A stretch of 64,000 nt of DNA from an uncultured delta proteobacterium (GTDB lineage: Bacteria; Myxococcota; Myxococcia; Myxococcales; 40CM-4-68-19). A program made the position numbers and the translations under genes. How positions within the stretch are numbered: position 1 is the first letter of the stretch; the number at the start of each line of letters is the position of its first letter. A model generated the notes under the pieces. The model worked only from the letters and a program-made list of their open reading frames with translations. It was not told the origin of the DNA and searched no databases. Below, one piece after another: positions 36,261-46,171 of this stretch. The DNA lies in NCBI GenBank assembly GCA_903911145.1, contig CAIWCD010000015.1, forward strand, positions 1 to 64,000. Reading direction: 5' to 3'.

Positions 36261-37856
36261 ATGTCCATCCAGACGCTGAGCAGCTTCGTGCAGGACTCCT
36301 GGGTGCCCGGCCAGGGCGCTCTCGCTTCACTCTTCAATCCCGCGACAGAGGAAGAACTGGCCCGCACCGGGACCGGCGGAATCGACTTCGGTGCGGCGCT
36401 CGAGTACGCGCGCAAGAGCGGGCAGGCACTGCGTGAGCTCACCTTTGCCGAGCGCGGAGCCGCGCTGCGCGCGCTCTCGAAGATGCTTCATGGTCACCGC
36501 GACGAGCTGATTGGGCTGGCGATCCAGAACGGCGGCAACACGCGTTCGGATGCGAAATTCGATATCGACGGAGCCATCGCGACGCTCGCGCACTATGGAG
36601 ATCTCGGCGCAGGGCTCGGCAGCTTGCGCGTCCTGCGCGATGGAGACGCGGTGCAACTCGGCCGCACGGCGCGCTACGCCGGAATCCATTTCTGGTCGCC
36701 GCGCGAAGGAGTGGCGGTCCATATCAACGCCTTCAATTTTCCTGCGTGGGGAATGGCCGAGAAGCTCGCGACCGCGCTGCTGGCGGGAATGCCGGTGATC
36801 AGCAAGCCCGCCACTAGCAGCGCGCTGGTGGCATTCCGGGCCGCGCAGCTCTGCGTCGAAGCGAAGGCGCTTCCGCCGGGCACCCTCAGCTTCCTCTGCG
36901 GATCATCCGGCGATCTGCTCGATCGCTTGAACCCCAACGATGTGGTCGCGTTCACGGGAGGCGCGCAGACGGCCGAGAAGCTGCGCGGGCAGCTTGCGCC
37001 GCGCGGCGTCCGGCTCAATGTCGAGGCCGACTCGCTCAACTCCGCGCTGCTCGGGCCCGATGTCGAACCGGGCTCGCCGAGTTGGGACATTTTCGTTGCG
37101 GATGTCGCGCGGGACATCACGCAGAAGGCCGGACAGAAGTGCACGGCCACGCGCCGCATCTTCGTGCCGCAGGAGAGGATCAGCGCGGTTCAGGAAGCGC
37201 TCATCGAGCGACTCTCGACAGTGAAGGTCGGCGACCCCGCGGTTGCAGAGGTGACGATGGGCCCGCTTGCGACGCGCGATCAGCTCCGCGACATCAAGGC
37301 CGGACTGGCCCGACTGCGTGCAGAGGCGACGAGCGTCTTCGGTGGAGAGGGCACGGTCGTTCCACTCTCCGCAGATCCGAGCAAAGGCTTCTTCATCGGG
37401 CCGACGCTGCTTCTCTGCTCATCGCCGCACGCGGCCGTCGCGCTCCATCGCGATGAGGTGTTCGGACCCGCGGCGACGCTCTGCCCGCTTCAACCTGGCA
37501 GCGCCAGTGAGCAGGCCAGAGAGGCGGCCCTGCTGATCAAGAGGGGCGGAGGCAGCCTCGTCTGCTCCGTCTTCAGCGACGACCGTGCGTTTCTCAGCGA
37601 AGCAGTGCTCGGCCTCGCATCAGCGCATGGCCGCGTATATCTCGGCAGCGAGAAGGTGGCGGGACAGACATTCGGGCCGGGAACCGTCCTGCCCCAGCTC
37701 GTTCACGGCGGCCCTGGACATGCGGGCGGCGGCGAAGAGCTTGGGGGATTGCGCGGGATGGCGTTCTATTCGCAGCGAACTGCGCTGCAAGGAGATCGCG
37801 CGCTGCTCGACGCGATCGTCCCCGCAGCCGCACCAGCGGCAGCTCCGACGATCTAG
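36261..37856 (+). CDS. Aldehyde dehydrogenase of the 3,4-dehydroadipyl-CoA semialdehyde dehydrogenase / PaaZ N-domain family
   Basis: HINAFNFPAWG, EADSLN, KAGQKCTA, EVFGP, HGGPGHAGGGEELGG; no MaoC domain. Confidence 0.9.
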   Translation: MSIQTLSSFVQDSWVPGQGALASLFNPATEEELARTGTGGIDFGAALEYARKSGQALRELTFAERGAALRALSKMLHGHRDELIGLAIQNGGNTRSDAKFDIDGAIATLAHYGDLGAGLGSLRVLRDGDAVQLGRTARYAGIHFWSPREGVAVHINAFNFPAWGMAEKLATALLAGMPVISKPATSSALVAFRAAQLCVEAKALPPGTLSFLCGSSGDLLDRLNPNDVVAFTGGAQTAEKLRGQLAPRGVRLNVEADSLNSALLGPDVEPGSPSWDIFVADVARDITQKAGQKCTATRRIFVPQERISAVQEALIERLSTVKVGDPAVAEVTMGPLATRDQLRDIKAGLARLRAEATSVFGGEGTVVPLSADPSKGFFIGPTLLLCSSPHAAVALHRDEVFGPAATLCPLQPGSASEQAREAALLIKRGGGSLVCSVFSDDRAFLSEAVLGLASAHGRVYLGSEKVAGQTFGPGTVLPQLVHGGPGHAGGGEELGGLRGMAFYSQRTALQGDRALLDAIVPAAAPAAAPTI

Positions 37857-37910
37857 TCATCAGATTTCGCGAGGAGAGCAGCGCTCGAGAATCCGGGCGC
37901 TGCCGCGTAA

Positions 37911-38810
37911 CTACTGGGCTGCGCGCCAGACCTTGAACAGCTCGTCCGCGTCGGCGATGAACCCCTCGTGGCGCGGACGCCAGTCGAGATCGTTCTCCGC
38001 CTTCTCGCTCGAGAGTCGCTGGTCGAGGCAGAGCGCATCGGCGAACACGCCGAACTTCGCACGTGCCTGATCGAGCGCCGTAAACGAGACCTCTCCGTCC
38101 TTGCCTGCAGCGCGGCTCGCTGCGGACGCAATCTCCTTCACGGTTGCACGCGAAGGATCAACCGCGTTGAAGATCGAACCCGCGGGGGCACGCTCAACGA
38201 GGCGAACATAGAGCTCCGCGAGATCGTCGATGTGAACCATGGGCCAGCGATTGCGCCCATCACCGATCGCCTGCGCCGCGCCCTTCGATGCGGTCGCGAA
38301 GAAGCCGCCCGGAATACCGCCGTGCGCGCCGCCATAGACGATACCGGGCCGCACAACGACGGAGCGAACCCCGTCCTTCGCTGCCTCGAGCGCGAGCTTC
38401 TCGTGCGCCGGACGCCAGCCCACGAGCTTCGCGGGATTCAATTCGGCGCTCTCGTCCACCACATCCGCCGTGTCGCCGTAGACCCAGCATCCGCTCGTGT
38501 AGACAAGCGTCGCGCCGACCTGTCCGCGGAGAAGATCGCGCGAAGCGATGATGGTGCGGCGATCGAGATCGACGCCGTTCTCCCCTTGGTGGAACGCGCA
38601 GTGGACGACAGCGGCGCGGCCGTATGCGGCGGGCGCCCATCCGGCAGGATTGCCAAGCTCGCCCTCGACGAGCTTGATTCCCGCAGCGGCGAGATTGGCG
38701 GCCTTGTCCTTCGAGCGAACCAGCGCGAGGACGTCGTGTCCGGCCTTCTTCAATCGCAGTGCGACCGCGTTGCCGATGTACCCAGTGCCACCAGTGACAA
38801 ACACCTTCAT
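37911..38810 (-). CDS. NAD-dependent epimerase/dehydratase family (atypical SDR)
   Basis: MKVFVTGGTGYIG, YTSG, VHIDDLAELY. Confidence 0.9.
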   Translation of the reverse strand: MKVFVTGGTGYIGNAVALRLKKAGHDVLALVRSKDKAANLAAAGIKLVEGELGNPAGWAPAAYGRAAVVHCAFHQGENGVDLDRRTIIASRDLLRGQVGATLVYTSGCWVYGDTADVVDESAELNPAKLVGWRPAHEKLALEAAKDGVRSVVVRPGIVYGGAHGGIPGGFFATASKGAAQAIGDGRNRWPMVHIDDLAELYVRLVERAPAGSIFNAVDPSRATVKEIASAASRAAGKDGEVSFTALDQARAKFGVFADALCLDQRLSSEKAENDLDWRPRHEGFIADADELFKVWRAAQ

Positions 38811-39136
38811 TGAAACCCTCCGCATACTACGGGCGAACGAATCAAGTTGCTTGATCGGCGGGTGAGGAGCCGTGCGCGCGACCCCGACTGACCACGCGCA
38901 AAAGAGCCAACGTGTTTACGCCCAACCAGACGCCGCGCCAAGAGGAAACGCGCATTGATTAAAAGAGGTGATCCATTCTCGGCACGGAGGCGTCACCAGC
39001 GCGTAACCGATTGCGCACCGCCACTTCGACTGCGCGGTCAATCTGGAGGCTCCGGGCGGCGCGCAGTCGGGAGCAAATGTGACGCTGGCCCCGAAACTCT
39101 TCATGGATTTCCGAGTTGACGCATTCGGACATGCCG

Positions 39137-39152
39137 CGGCCCGGGGCTTGCT
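39137..39152 (+). promoter_or_regulatory. Candidate sigma-54 promoter
   Basis: cGGcccggggcttGCt: GG(39138-9)-N10-GC(39150-1) with TTGCT, about 50 bp upstream of the lipid kinase ATG, in a long intergenic region. Confidence 0.55.
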
Positions 39153-39200
39153 TAGGACCTTGTTCGCTGTCCGCCACGTCAACCAGGAGCAGACAAAGCC

Positions 39201-40304
39201 ATGGTCGCCACTGTTGAGCGGTTGCCGGTGAAGAACAGAGAAGAGCGGGTCGCGGTTCTCCTCAACGCGAACGCCAAGGCGGTCAACGAGAAGCTGCGCA
39301 CCGAACTCGAGCAGTTCGTCGCGCCCGAGGACGTCTACTACTCGCGCTCGTTCGAGGACGCGCGCGCCATCTCGCGGACCGTGCTCGACAAGGGCTATCG
39401 CACGGTGCTCACCGGCGGCGGCGACGGCACGTTCGTTGGCTACGTGAACTGCATGCTCGACGAGGCCGCTTCGCGGCGTGGAAACGAGCACGTCTCCCGC
39501 GGCGGCGCGGCGCTCAAGCTCGCGACCCAGCCCCGCCCGATGCCGCGAATCGGGGTGCTCAAACTCGGTACCGGCAACTCGCTGGCGAATCTCTCCGGAG
39601 CAAGCCCCAAGCGGCTCGGCGTCGTCGAGGATGTGCTCCGCGCGCGCGCCGGAGAGGTCGGCACGAATCAGGACCTCCACTTGCTCTGCCACGAAGGCAA
39701 GCGAGCCCCGTTCGCGGGAATGGGCATCGACGCGGCAGTGCTCAACGACTACGTCAGCGTGAAGAAGGACCTCGGCAGCGGAAAGATGCGCTTCGCTGGA
39801 ATCGGTGGCCTCGGCTACTTCTGGGCCATCGCCGGCAAGACGATCCCGGCCGTGCTGCGTGAGCGCAAGGCAGCGAACGTCGAGATCATCAACCTCGGCG
39901 GACCTGCCCGCCAGCTCGGTCCCGATGGCAAACCGATCGGTCGTGAAATCGCGACGGGCGAAGTGATCTATCGCGGCCCGTGCCGTCTCGCCGCCGCCGG
40001 CACCGTCCCCTGCTACGGGTACAACTTCCAGATCTTCCCGTTCGCCCAGCGCAACCCCGGCCAGTTCCAGCTGCGGCTCACGTCGATGGGCGTTCCGTGG
40101 ATTCTCAAGCACCTGCCCCAGATCTGGCGCGGCAACACGCCCGCGACGGGGATGCTCGACTTCACCTGCGACAAGGTCTCGATCAAGTTCGATCGCGAGA
40201 TGCCGCTTCAGGTCGGTGGTGACGCCGAGGGCTGGCGCAAGGACGTCGTGCTGTCGATGGCGTCCGAGAAGATGGAGCTGATCGACTTCCGCGCGCGCGG
40301 GTAG
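39201..40304 (+). CDS. Diacylglycerol/lipid kinase family protein
   Basis: LLNANA, GGGDGT, LGTGNSLA, GMGIDA, QVGGD; AGGAG RBS. Confidence 0.88.
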   Translation: MVATVERLPVKNREERVAVLLNANAKAVNEKLRTELEQFVAPEDVYYSRSFEDARAISRTVLDKGYRTVLTGGGDGTFVGYVNCMLDEAASRRGNEHVSRGGAALKLATQPRPMPRIGVLKLGTGNSLANLSGASPKRLGVVEDVLRARAGEVGTNQDLHLLCHEGKRAPFAGMGIDAAVLNDYVSVKKDLGSGKMRFAGIGGLGYFWAIAGKTIPAVLRERKAANVEIINLGGPARQLGPDGKPIGREIATGEVIYRGPCRLAAAGTVPCYGYNFQIFPFAQRNPGQFQLRLTSMGVPWILKHLPQIWRGNTPATGMLDFTCDKVSIKFDREMPLQVGGDAEGWRKDVVLSMASEKMELIDFRARG

Positions 40305-40331
40305 CTCCGACGCAGCGTCGTTCAGTTCAAG

Positions 40332-40640
40332 CTAGTCGAGCAGTGCGAGCTCGACCGGCTGGACGCCGTTCGAGATGCAGAGATCCTCGACGCGCATCCA
40401 GAGCTCCTGCACCTCGCTGTTGTCCTGCGCGATGTGCCGTGCGCCTGCGTCGCGCCACCAGAACGACTCGACGAAGATGTTTTGAGTACCAACCTTCTTC
40501 GCGGCGAAGTGCGGCTTCACTTCAGCGACGAGGCCGAGCTCCGCGAGTCGAGCAACGTGCGTGCGCAAGAGGCCCTCGAGCTCCTCTTCGCAGCCCGGCT
40601 TCGCCGTGTACGTGATCACCGTCAGCACCGGTGCCGCCAT
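40332..40640 (-). CDS. Small ABM-like (dimeric alpha/beta barrel) protein
   Basis: VITYTAKPGCEEELEGLL...FVESFWW; GAGGGG RBS. Confidence 0.65.
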   Translation of the reverse strand: MAAPVLTVITYTAKPGCEEELEGLLRTHVARLAELGLVAEVKPHFAAKKVGTQNIFVESFWWRDAGARHIAQDNSEVQELWMRVEDLCISNGVQPVELALLD

Positions 40641-40661
40641 GTGCGCCCCCTCGTGAAGCAG

Positions 40662-41456
40662 CTACGCCGGACCGCCGCCAGCCTTGCGCTCGTCCTTCTG
40701 GAACCAATCGAGCAGCGCCTGCTTGGTCGTCTCGCGATGCATCTCCGCGATGCTCGATGTGAGCGGGATGTGCTTGGGGCATGCCTGCACGCAGTTGCCC
40801 GCCTTGCCGCAATCCGCGACGCCTCCGTCGCCCATCAGCGCGTGGAGACGATCGCCCTTGTTCATCTCGCCCGTCGGATGATCGTTGAAGAGCTTCGCCT
40901 GCGAGATGGCGGCGGCACCGATGAACGCGGTGCTCGTCGTGACCTGCGGGCAGACCTCCATGCAGCAACCGCAGGTCATGCAGGTCGAGAGCGTGTAGCG
41001 GAGATCGGCGTCCTCGGGCGAGAGCCGCGGACCGGGGCCGAGGTCGTGCGTGCCATCGGTCGGCACCCACGCCTGCACGCGCTTGAGGCTCTCGAACATC
41101 TTCTGGCGGTCGACCGAGAGGTCGCGCACGAGCGGAAACTTCTTCATCGGCTGCAGCTTGATCGGCTGCTCGAGATCGAACTGATCGATCAGCGTCGAGC
41201 AGGCCTGGCGCACCTTACCGTTGATGTTCATCGTGCAGGAGCCGCAGACCTCCTCGAGGCAGGCCGCGTCCCAGGCCGGCGGCGTCGTTGCCTTGCCATC
41301 GCTCGTCACCGGGCTGCGCTGGATCTGCATCAGCACCGAGATGACGTTCGCGTTCTTCGTGTACGGAACGTTGAACGTCTCCCAGCGAGCGGGCGCGTTG
41401 GGTCCGTCCTGGCGCTCGATCTGCAGCGTGATGTTTCCTGACTTGGGCGGGGTCAT
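40662..41456 (-). CDS. sdhB: Succinate dehydrogenase iron-sulfur subunit
   Basis: CLEEVCGSC, CMTCGCCMEVCP, CGKAGNCVQACP. Confidence 0.96.
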   Translation of the reverse strand: MTPPKSGNITLQIERQDGPNAPARWETFNVPYTKNANVISVLMQIQRSPVTSDGKATTPPAWDAACLEEVCGSCTMNINGKVRQACSTLIDQFDLEQPIKLQPMKKFPLVRDLSVDRQKMFESLKRVQAWVPTDGTHDLGPGPRLSPEDADLRYTLSTCMTCGCCMEVCPQVTTSTAFIGAAAISQAKLFNDHPTGEMNKGDRLHALMGDGGVADCGKAGNCVQACPKHIPLTSSIAEMHRETTKQALLDWFQKDERKAGGGPA

Positions 41457-41532
41457 GCTCTCTCCCGATTCACTGCTTACCGAAAGTTATCGAATCGATA
41501 ATTACCGAATGTGTTGAACACCAACGATTCGT

Positions 41533-43413
41533 CTAGCCGTACCAGCGCGGCTCGGGCTTGAGAATCGGCGTCTCGGTCTGCAGGCTGCGCAGCGACTCGA
41601 ACGTCACGTCCGGGCCGTTCGCGTTCCAGCGGCCCATCGAGTTCTTCAGCCACATGTCGTTGCGCTTCTTCCACGCGATCATCCACTCCGGGTCCTGCGT
41701 CGGGTCGTGGGTCTTCGGCGTGGGGAGATTGAACTCCGGCTTGTAGTGGCTGCCGCGGCACTCGTCGCGCAGGCGCGAGGCCTTGAGCATCAGCTCCGCG
41801 AGCTCCAGCATGTTCCAGAGCTGGTTCGCATAGCTGACCGCCTGGTTGAGCGTGCGGCCCGTGTCGAGCGCGTTGATGTTGTTCCAGCGCGCCTTCATCT
41901 CCTTGATCTTCAACAGCGCGACATCGAGCTCGGAGTTCTTCTTCACCACCGTGGCCGCGCTGATCATCAGCTCGCCCATCTCATGGCCGATTTGATACGG
42001 GTTCTCCTTGCCGCTCATCTTGCCGATGGCCGCGAATTTCTCCTGCCACTGCTTCTTCGCGCCCTCGAGCAGAGTGCTCGCGACCTCGCCCTTGGGCGCC
42101 TTGTTCTTCGCGTAGCTCATCATCGCCGGACCGCCGATGAAACCCGCGTAGATGCAGGAGACCAGCGAGTTGGCGCCGAGGCGATTGGCCCCGTGGTACG
42201 CGTAGTCGCACTCGCCCGACGCGTAGAGGCCGGGGATGTTGGTCATCTGCTGGCGCGGGCTGTCCTTGAGCAGGTCGCCCTTCGCGTCCGCCTCGTAGTC
42301 GACCCAGAGGCCGCCCATCGAGTAGTGGACGGCGGGGAAGATCCGCATCGGATGGTGGCGAGGATCGACGCCCTGGAACTTCTCGTAGATCTCCATGATG
42401 CCGCCGAGCTTCTTGTCGAGCGTGGCAGCAGGAATGTGGCTGACGTCGAGGTAGACCGCGTCGCCGCCCTCGAGACCGAGAGAGAGGTCGCGGCAGACCG
42501 AGAAGATCTCCCGCGTCGCCACATCGCGAGGCACCAGATTCTGGTACTTCGGATATTTCTCCTCGAGGAAGTACCAGCGCTCCGCGGACGGGATCTCGCT
42601 CGGCTCGCGCGTGTCGCCCTTCTTGCGCGGTACCCAGACGCGGCCGCCTTCGCCGCGCGCCGACTCGGACATCAGGCGGTGCTTGTCCTGTCCGGGGATC
42701 GCCGTCGGGTGGACCTGCACGAACTCTGCGTTCGAGTAGATCGCGCCCTCTTGGTAGCTGCGCGCGGCGGCCGTGCCGGTGTTGATCAGCGAGTTGGTCG
42801 AGCGGCCGTAGACGATGCCGGGGCCGCCCGTCGCAAGCATCACCGCGTCGGCCGGGAAGGCTTCGATGTTCATCGTCCGCACGTCGAGCGCGACGATGCC
42901 GCGGCAGTTGCCCTGCTCGTCCTTCACCGAGCCGAGGAACTCCCAATATTCAAACTTGCGGACGAGCCCTTCCGTCTCGTAGCGGCGCACCTGCTCGTCG
43001 AGCGCGTAGAGCAGCTGCTGGCCCGTCGAGGCGCCTGCGAAGGCCGTGCGGTGGTGGAGCGTGCCGCCGAAGCGACGGAAGTCGAGCAGTCCCTCGCTCG
43101 TGCGCGAGAAGGGAACGCCCATGCGATCGAGCAGATAGATGATTCCCGGTGCGGCGTAGCACATGCCCTTCACGGGCGGCTGCTCGGCGAGGAAGTCACC
43201 GCCGCGCAGCGTGTCCTTCACGTGCACGTCGGGGCTGTCGCCTTCGCCCTTGGTGTTCACGGCTCCGTTGATGCCACCCTGCGCGCAGACCGAGTGACTG
43301 CGCTTGACCGGCACGATCGAAAAGACATCGACGTGCTTGCCCGCTTCCGCGAGCTTGATCACGGTGGCGAGACCCGCGAGACCACCTCCGACGACGATGT
43401 ATCGCTCTGCCAT
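41533..43413 (-). CDS. sdhA: Succinate dehydrogenase flavoprotein subunit (Bacillus-like type)
   Basis: GGGLAG, RSHSVCAQGGIN, QVHPT, SESARGEG, HYSMGG, HGANRLG. Confidence 0.97.
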   Translation of the reverse strand: MAERYIVVGGGLAGLATVIKLAEAGKHVDVFSIVPVKRSHSVCAQGGINGAVNTKGEGDSPDVHVKDTLRGGDFLAEQPPVKGMCYAAPGIIYLLDRMGVPFSRTSEGLLDFRRFGGTLHHRTAFAGASTGQQLLYALDEQVRRYETEGLVRKFEYWEFLGSVKDEQGNCRGIVALDVRTMNIEAFPADAVMLATGGPGIVYGRSTNSLINTGTAAARSYQEGAIYSNAEFVQVHPTAIPGQDKHRLMSESARGEGGRVWVPRKKGDTREPSEIPSAERWYFLEEKYPKYQNLVPRDVATREIFSVCRDLSLGLEGGDAVYLDVSHIPAATLDKKLGGIMEIYEKFQGVDPRHHPMRIFPAVHYSMGGLWVDYEADAKGDLLKDSPRQQMTNIPGLYASGECDYAYHGANRLGANSLVSCIYAGFIGGPAMMSYAKNKAPKGEVASTLLEGAKKQWQEKFAAIGKMSGKENPYQIGHEMGELMISAATVVKKNSELDVALLKIKEMKARWNNINALDTGRTLNQAVSYANQLWNMLELAELMLKASRLRDECRGSHYKPEFNLPTPKTHDPTQDPEWMIAWKKRNDMWLKNSMGRWNANGPDVTFESLRSLQTETPILKPEPRWYG

Positions 43414-43533
43414 TGCACCCTCCTACGAGGCGCGCGCGTCATAGCTCACAAGCTCCGTGCGAGCAACGATGCGTCGTCGAAATCGGCTGGAATCTTTCGC
43501 CGCACCTGCGCCACTCGCGACGCCTCGAAGCAG

Positions 43534-43570
43534 CGATGCCCGCCCTTCCGTCTCGGAAAGGCGGGCATCG
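43534..43570 (-). terminator. Strong hairpin downstream of mdh (terminator or stabiliser)
   Basis: cgatgcccgcccttccg-tct-cggaaaggcgggcatcg; no U tract. Confidence 0.5.
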
Positions 43571-43596
43571 TTGGATTGCAGACGATCGGCGAACGA

Positions 43597-44571
<975 letters not shown>

Positions 44572-44645
44572 CTAGCACAGAGAGGGCGCGGCGGCAAGGG
44601 CTCGACGCGAGCATCGAACTGCGGGGTCGCCCCACCACGCAGAGG

Positions 44646-45449
44646 CTACTTTTTCTTTTTGCCCGCCTTCTTCTTCGGCTGCGGCTTGTCCTGGCTGACG
44701 TCGAATCCGTGGCCTGCCATCAGCTCGAATGCCTTCCCGTCGCAGACCACTCCGACGCGAAATGCACAGGCATCGGCAAAGACCGGAACGCACTCGGCGT
44801 GCTCTTCGCTATGCGCGGTCTTCTCGCATTCAGCGATGGCGGCCTGGCACTCTTTCGATTCGCCATCCTCGTCGCAACCAGGGAAATTGTTCGAGGGCGC
44901 GCCGCAGTGGAAGTTCGTCGATGTGCTGTCGACGTAAGCCATGCACTCCGCATTGGGGTCATCGTACGAGTAGCTCTGCGCGTCTTCCTGCTTCGGACAG
45001 ATCGCGGTTCCCCCCTCGGTGCTGTCTTGGCCTGTGCCGCCGCCGGCAGTTTCGAATGAGCAGGCATTCAGCGTCTTTACGGAAGCGCACGTCGTCACGT
45101 CTGACGCCCACCTCCGACAGCCGGGATTCTCGCCTTTCTTTTTCGGAGCACCATCGAGGCTGCGACCGAGTTTGCTCAAGTTGAAGTAGGCGTGCAGCCG
45201 CGTCGTCGCATCGCCCAGAGTCGCAGCCTGGAGAGTGGCCTCCTGAGCCTTCACCTTGTCGCCCGCCTTGTCCCAGCAGAGGCCGAGGTCGGCGAAGATC
45301 TCACCATTCTTCGGATCGGCTGCGCTCGCCTGCGCGAACAGAGGGCAGGCCTCGGCGTAACGCTTGGCGCGGAAGGCGTCGGTGCCCTGCTGGCGCAGCG
45401 CAGTGGCGTCGGGAGCGGCGAGAAGCAGAGCGATCAGCGCGAAGAGCAT
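44646..45449 (-). CDS. Secreted TPR + Cys-rich protein
   Basis: Signal MLFALIALLLAA, TPRs, about 10 Cys in the C-terminal half, Lys-rich tail. Confidence 0.7.
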   Translation of the reverse strand: MLFALIALLLAAPDATALRQQGTDAFRAKRYAEACPLFAQASAADPKNGEIFADLGLCWDKAGDKVKAQEATLQAATLGDATTRLHAYFNLSKLGRSLDGAPKKKGENPGCRRWASDVTTCASVKTLNACSFETAGGGTGQDSTEGGTAICPKQEDAQSYSYDDPNAECMAYVDSTSTNFHCGAPSNNFPGCDEDGESKECQAAIAECEKTAHSEEHAECVPVFADACAFRVGVVCDGKAFELMAGHGFDVSQDKPQPKKKAGKKKK

Positions 45450-46147
45450 CGGACGGACTCCAGGTTGTCGAGTAGATTGCTGATCGCCTGCGCCGAGGCA
45501 GCGGGCTGCCGCTGCACGATCAGGTGCGGTGCATCGAGAGAGATCACGCGCATCGCGGGCTGCAGCTTCTGCATCGCGGCGACGTTCCACCCGCGCACCA
45601 GTCGGTCGCGCCGACCGGCGAGGTAGAGGATCGGGATGCGCAGTCGAGCGAATGCCTCGCGCACATCAACGCGCATCACCTCCTGCAACCGCCGCGCGAG
45701 CACCGCAGAATCGACCGTCGCGAGACAATCCTGGAAGCTCGCGACCTGCGCGTCACTTGCGTCGCTTCCATAGAGGACCGCGCGCACGAGCCACGCCGGC
45801 GGCCGCTTGCGGAACAGAGAGGGACCGACGCGCGAAGCGACGAATCGCGGAGTGGGAAACGGCGCGCGCAGGAACGTGCCGACAAGAACGAGCGCGCGCA
45901 CGGCCGCTGGATGCTGCGCCGCGAGCAGGATCGAGAGCGGTCCCGAGAACGATTCGCCGAGCAGCGCGCACGGCGAAGAACGCGCCACGAGAGGCCCGAG
46001 CTCCTCGGCGATCTCAGCGTAGCTCTGCGGCCGCGTCGTCGAGTGCGCGATCGCCCGCGCCTCGATCGAGGGAGGCAGCGCGCGCAGCAGGTCGACGAAG
46101 AAATCCGTCGTGCCGTTCATCCCGGGCAGAAGGAGCAGTCGACTCAT
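45434..46147 (-). CDS. Alpha/beta hydrolase
   Basis: LLPGMNG, GESFSG nucleophile, GRRD, APH. Confidence 0.88.
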   Translation of the reverse strand: MSRLLLLPGMNGTTDFFVDLLRALPPSIEARAIAHSTTRPQSYAEIAEELGPLVARSSPCALLGESFSGPLSILLAAQHPAAVRALVLVGTFLRAPFPTPRFVASRVGPSLFRKRPPAWLVRAVLYGSDASDAQVASFQDCLATVDSAVLARRLQEVMRVDVREAFARLRIPILYLAGRRDRLVRGWNVAAMQKLQPAMRVISLDAPHLIVQRQPAASAQAISNLLDNLESVRCSSR

Positions 46148-46171
46148 TCGGATTCACTCCCGCCGTTCGGA

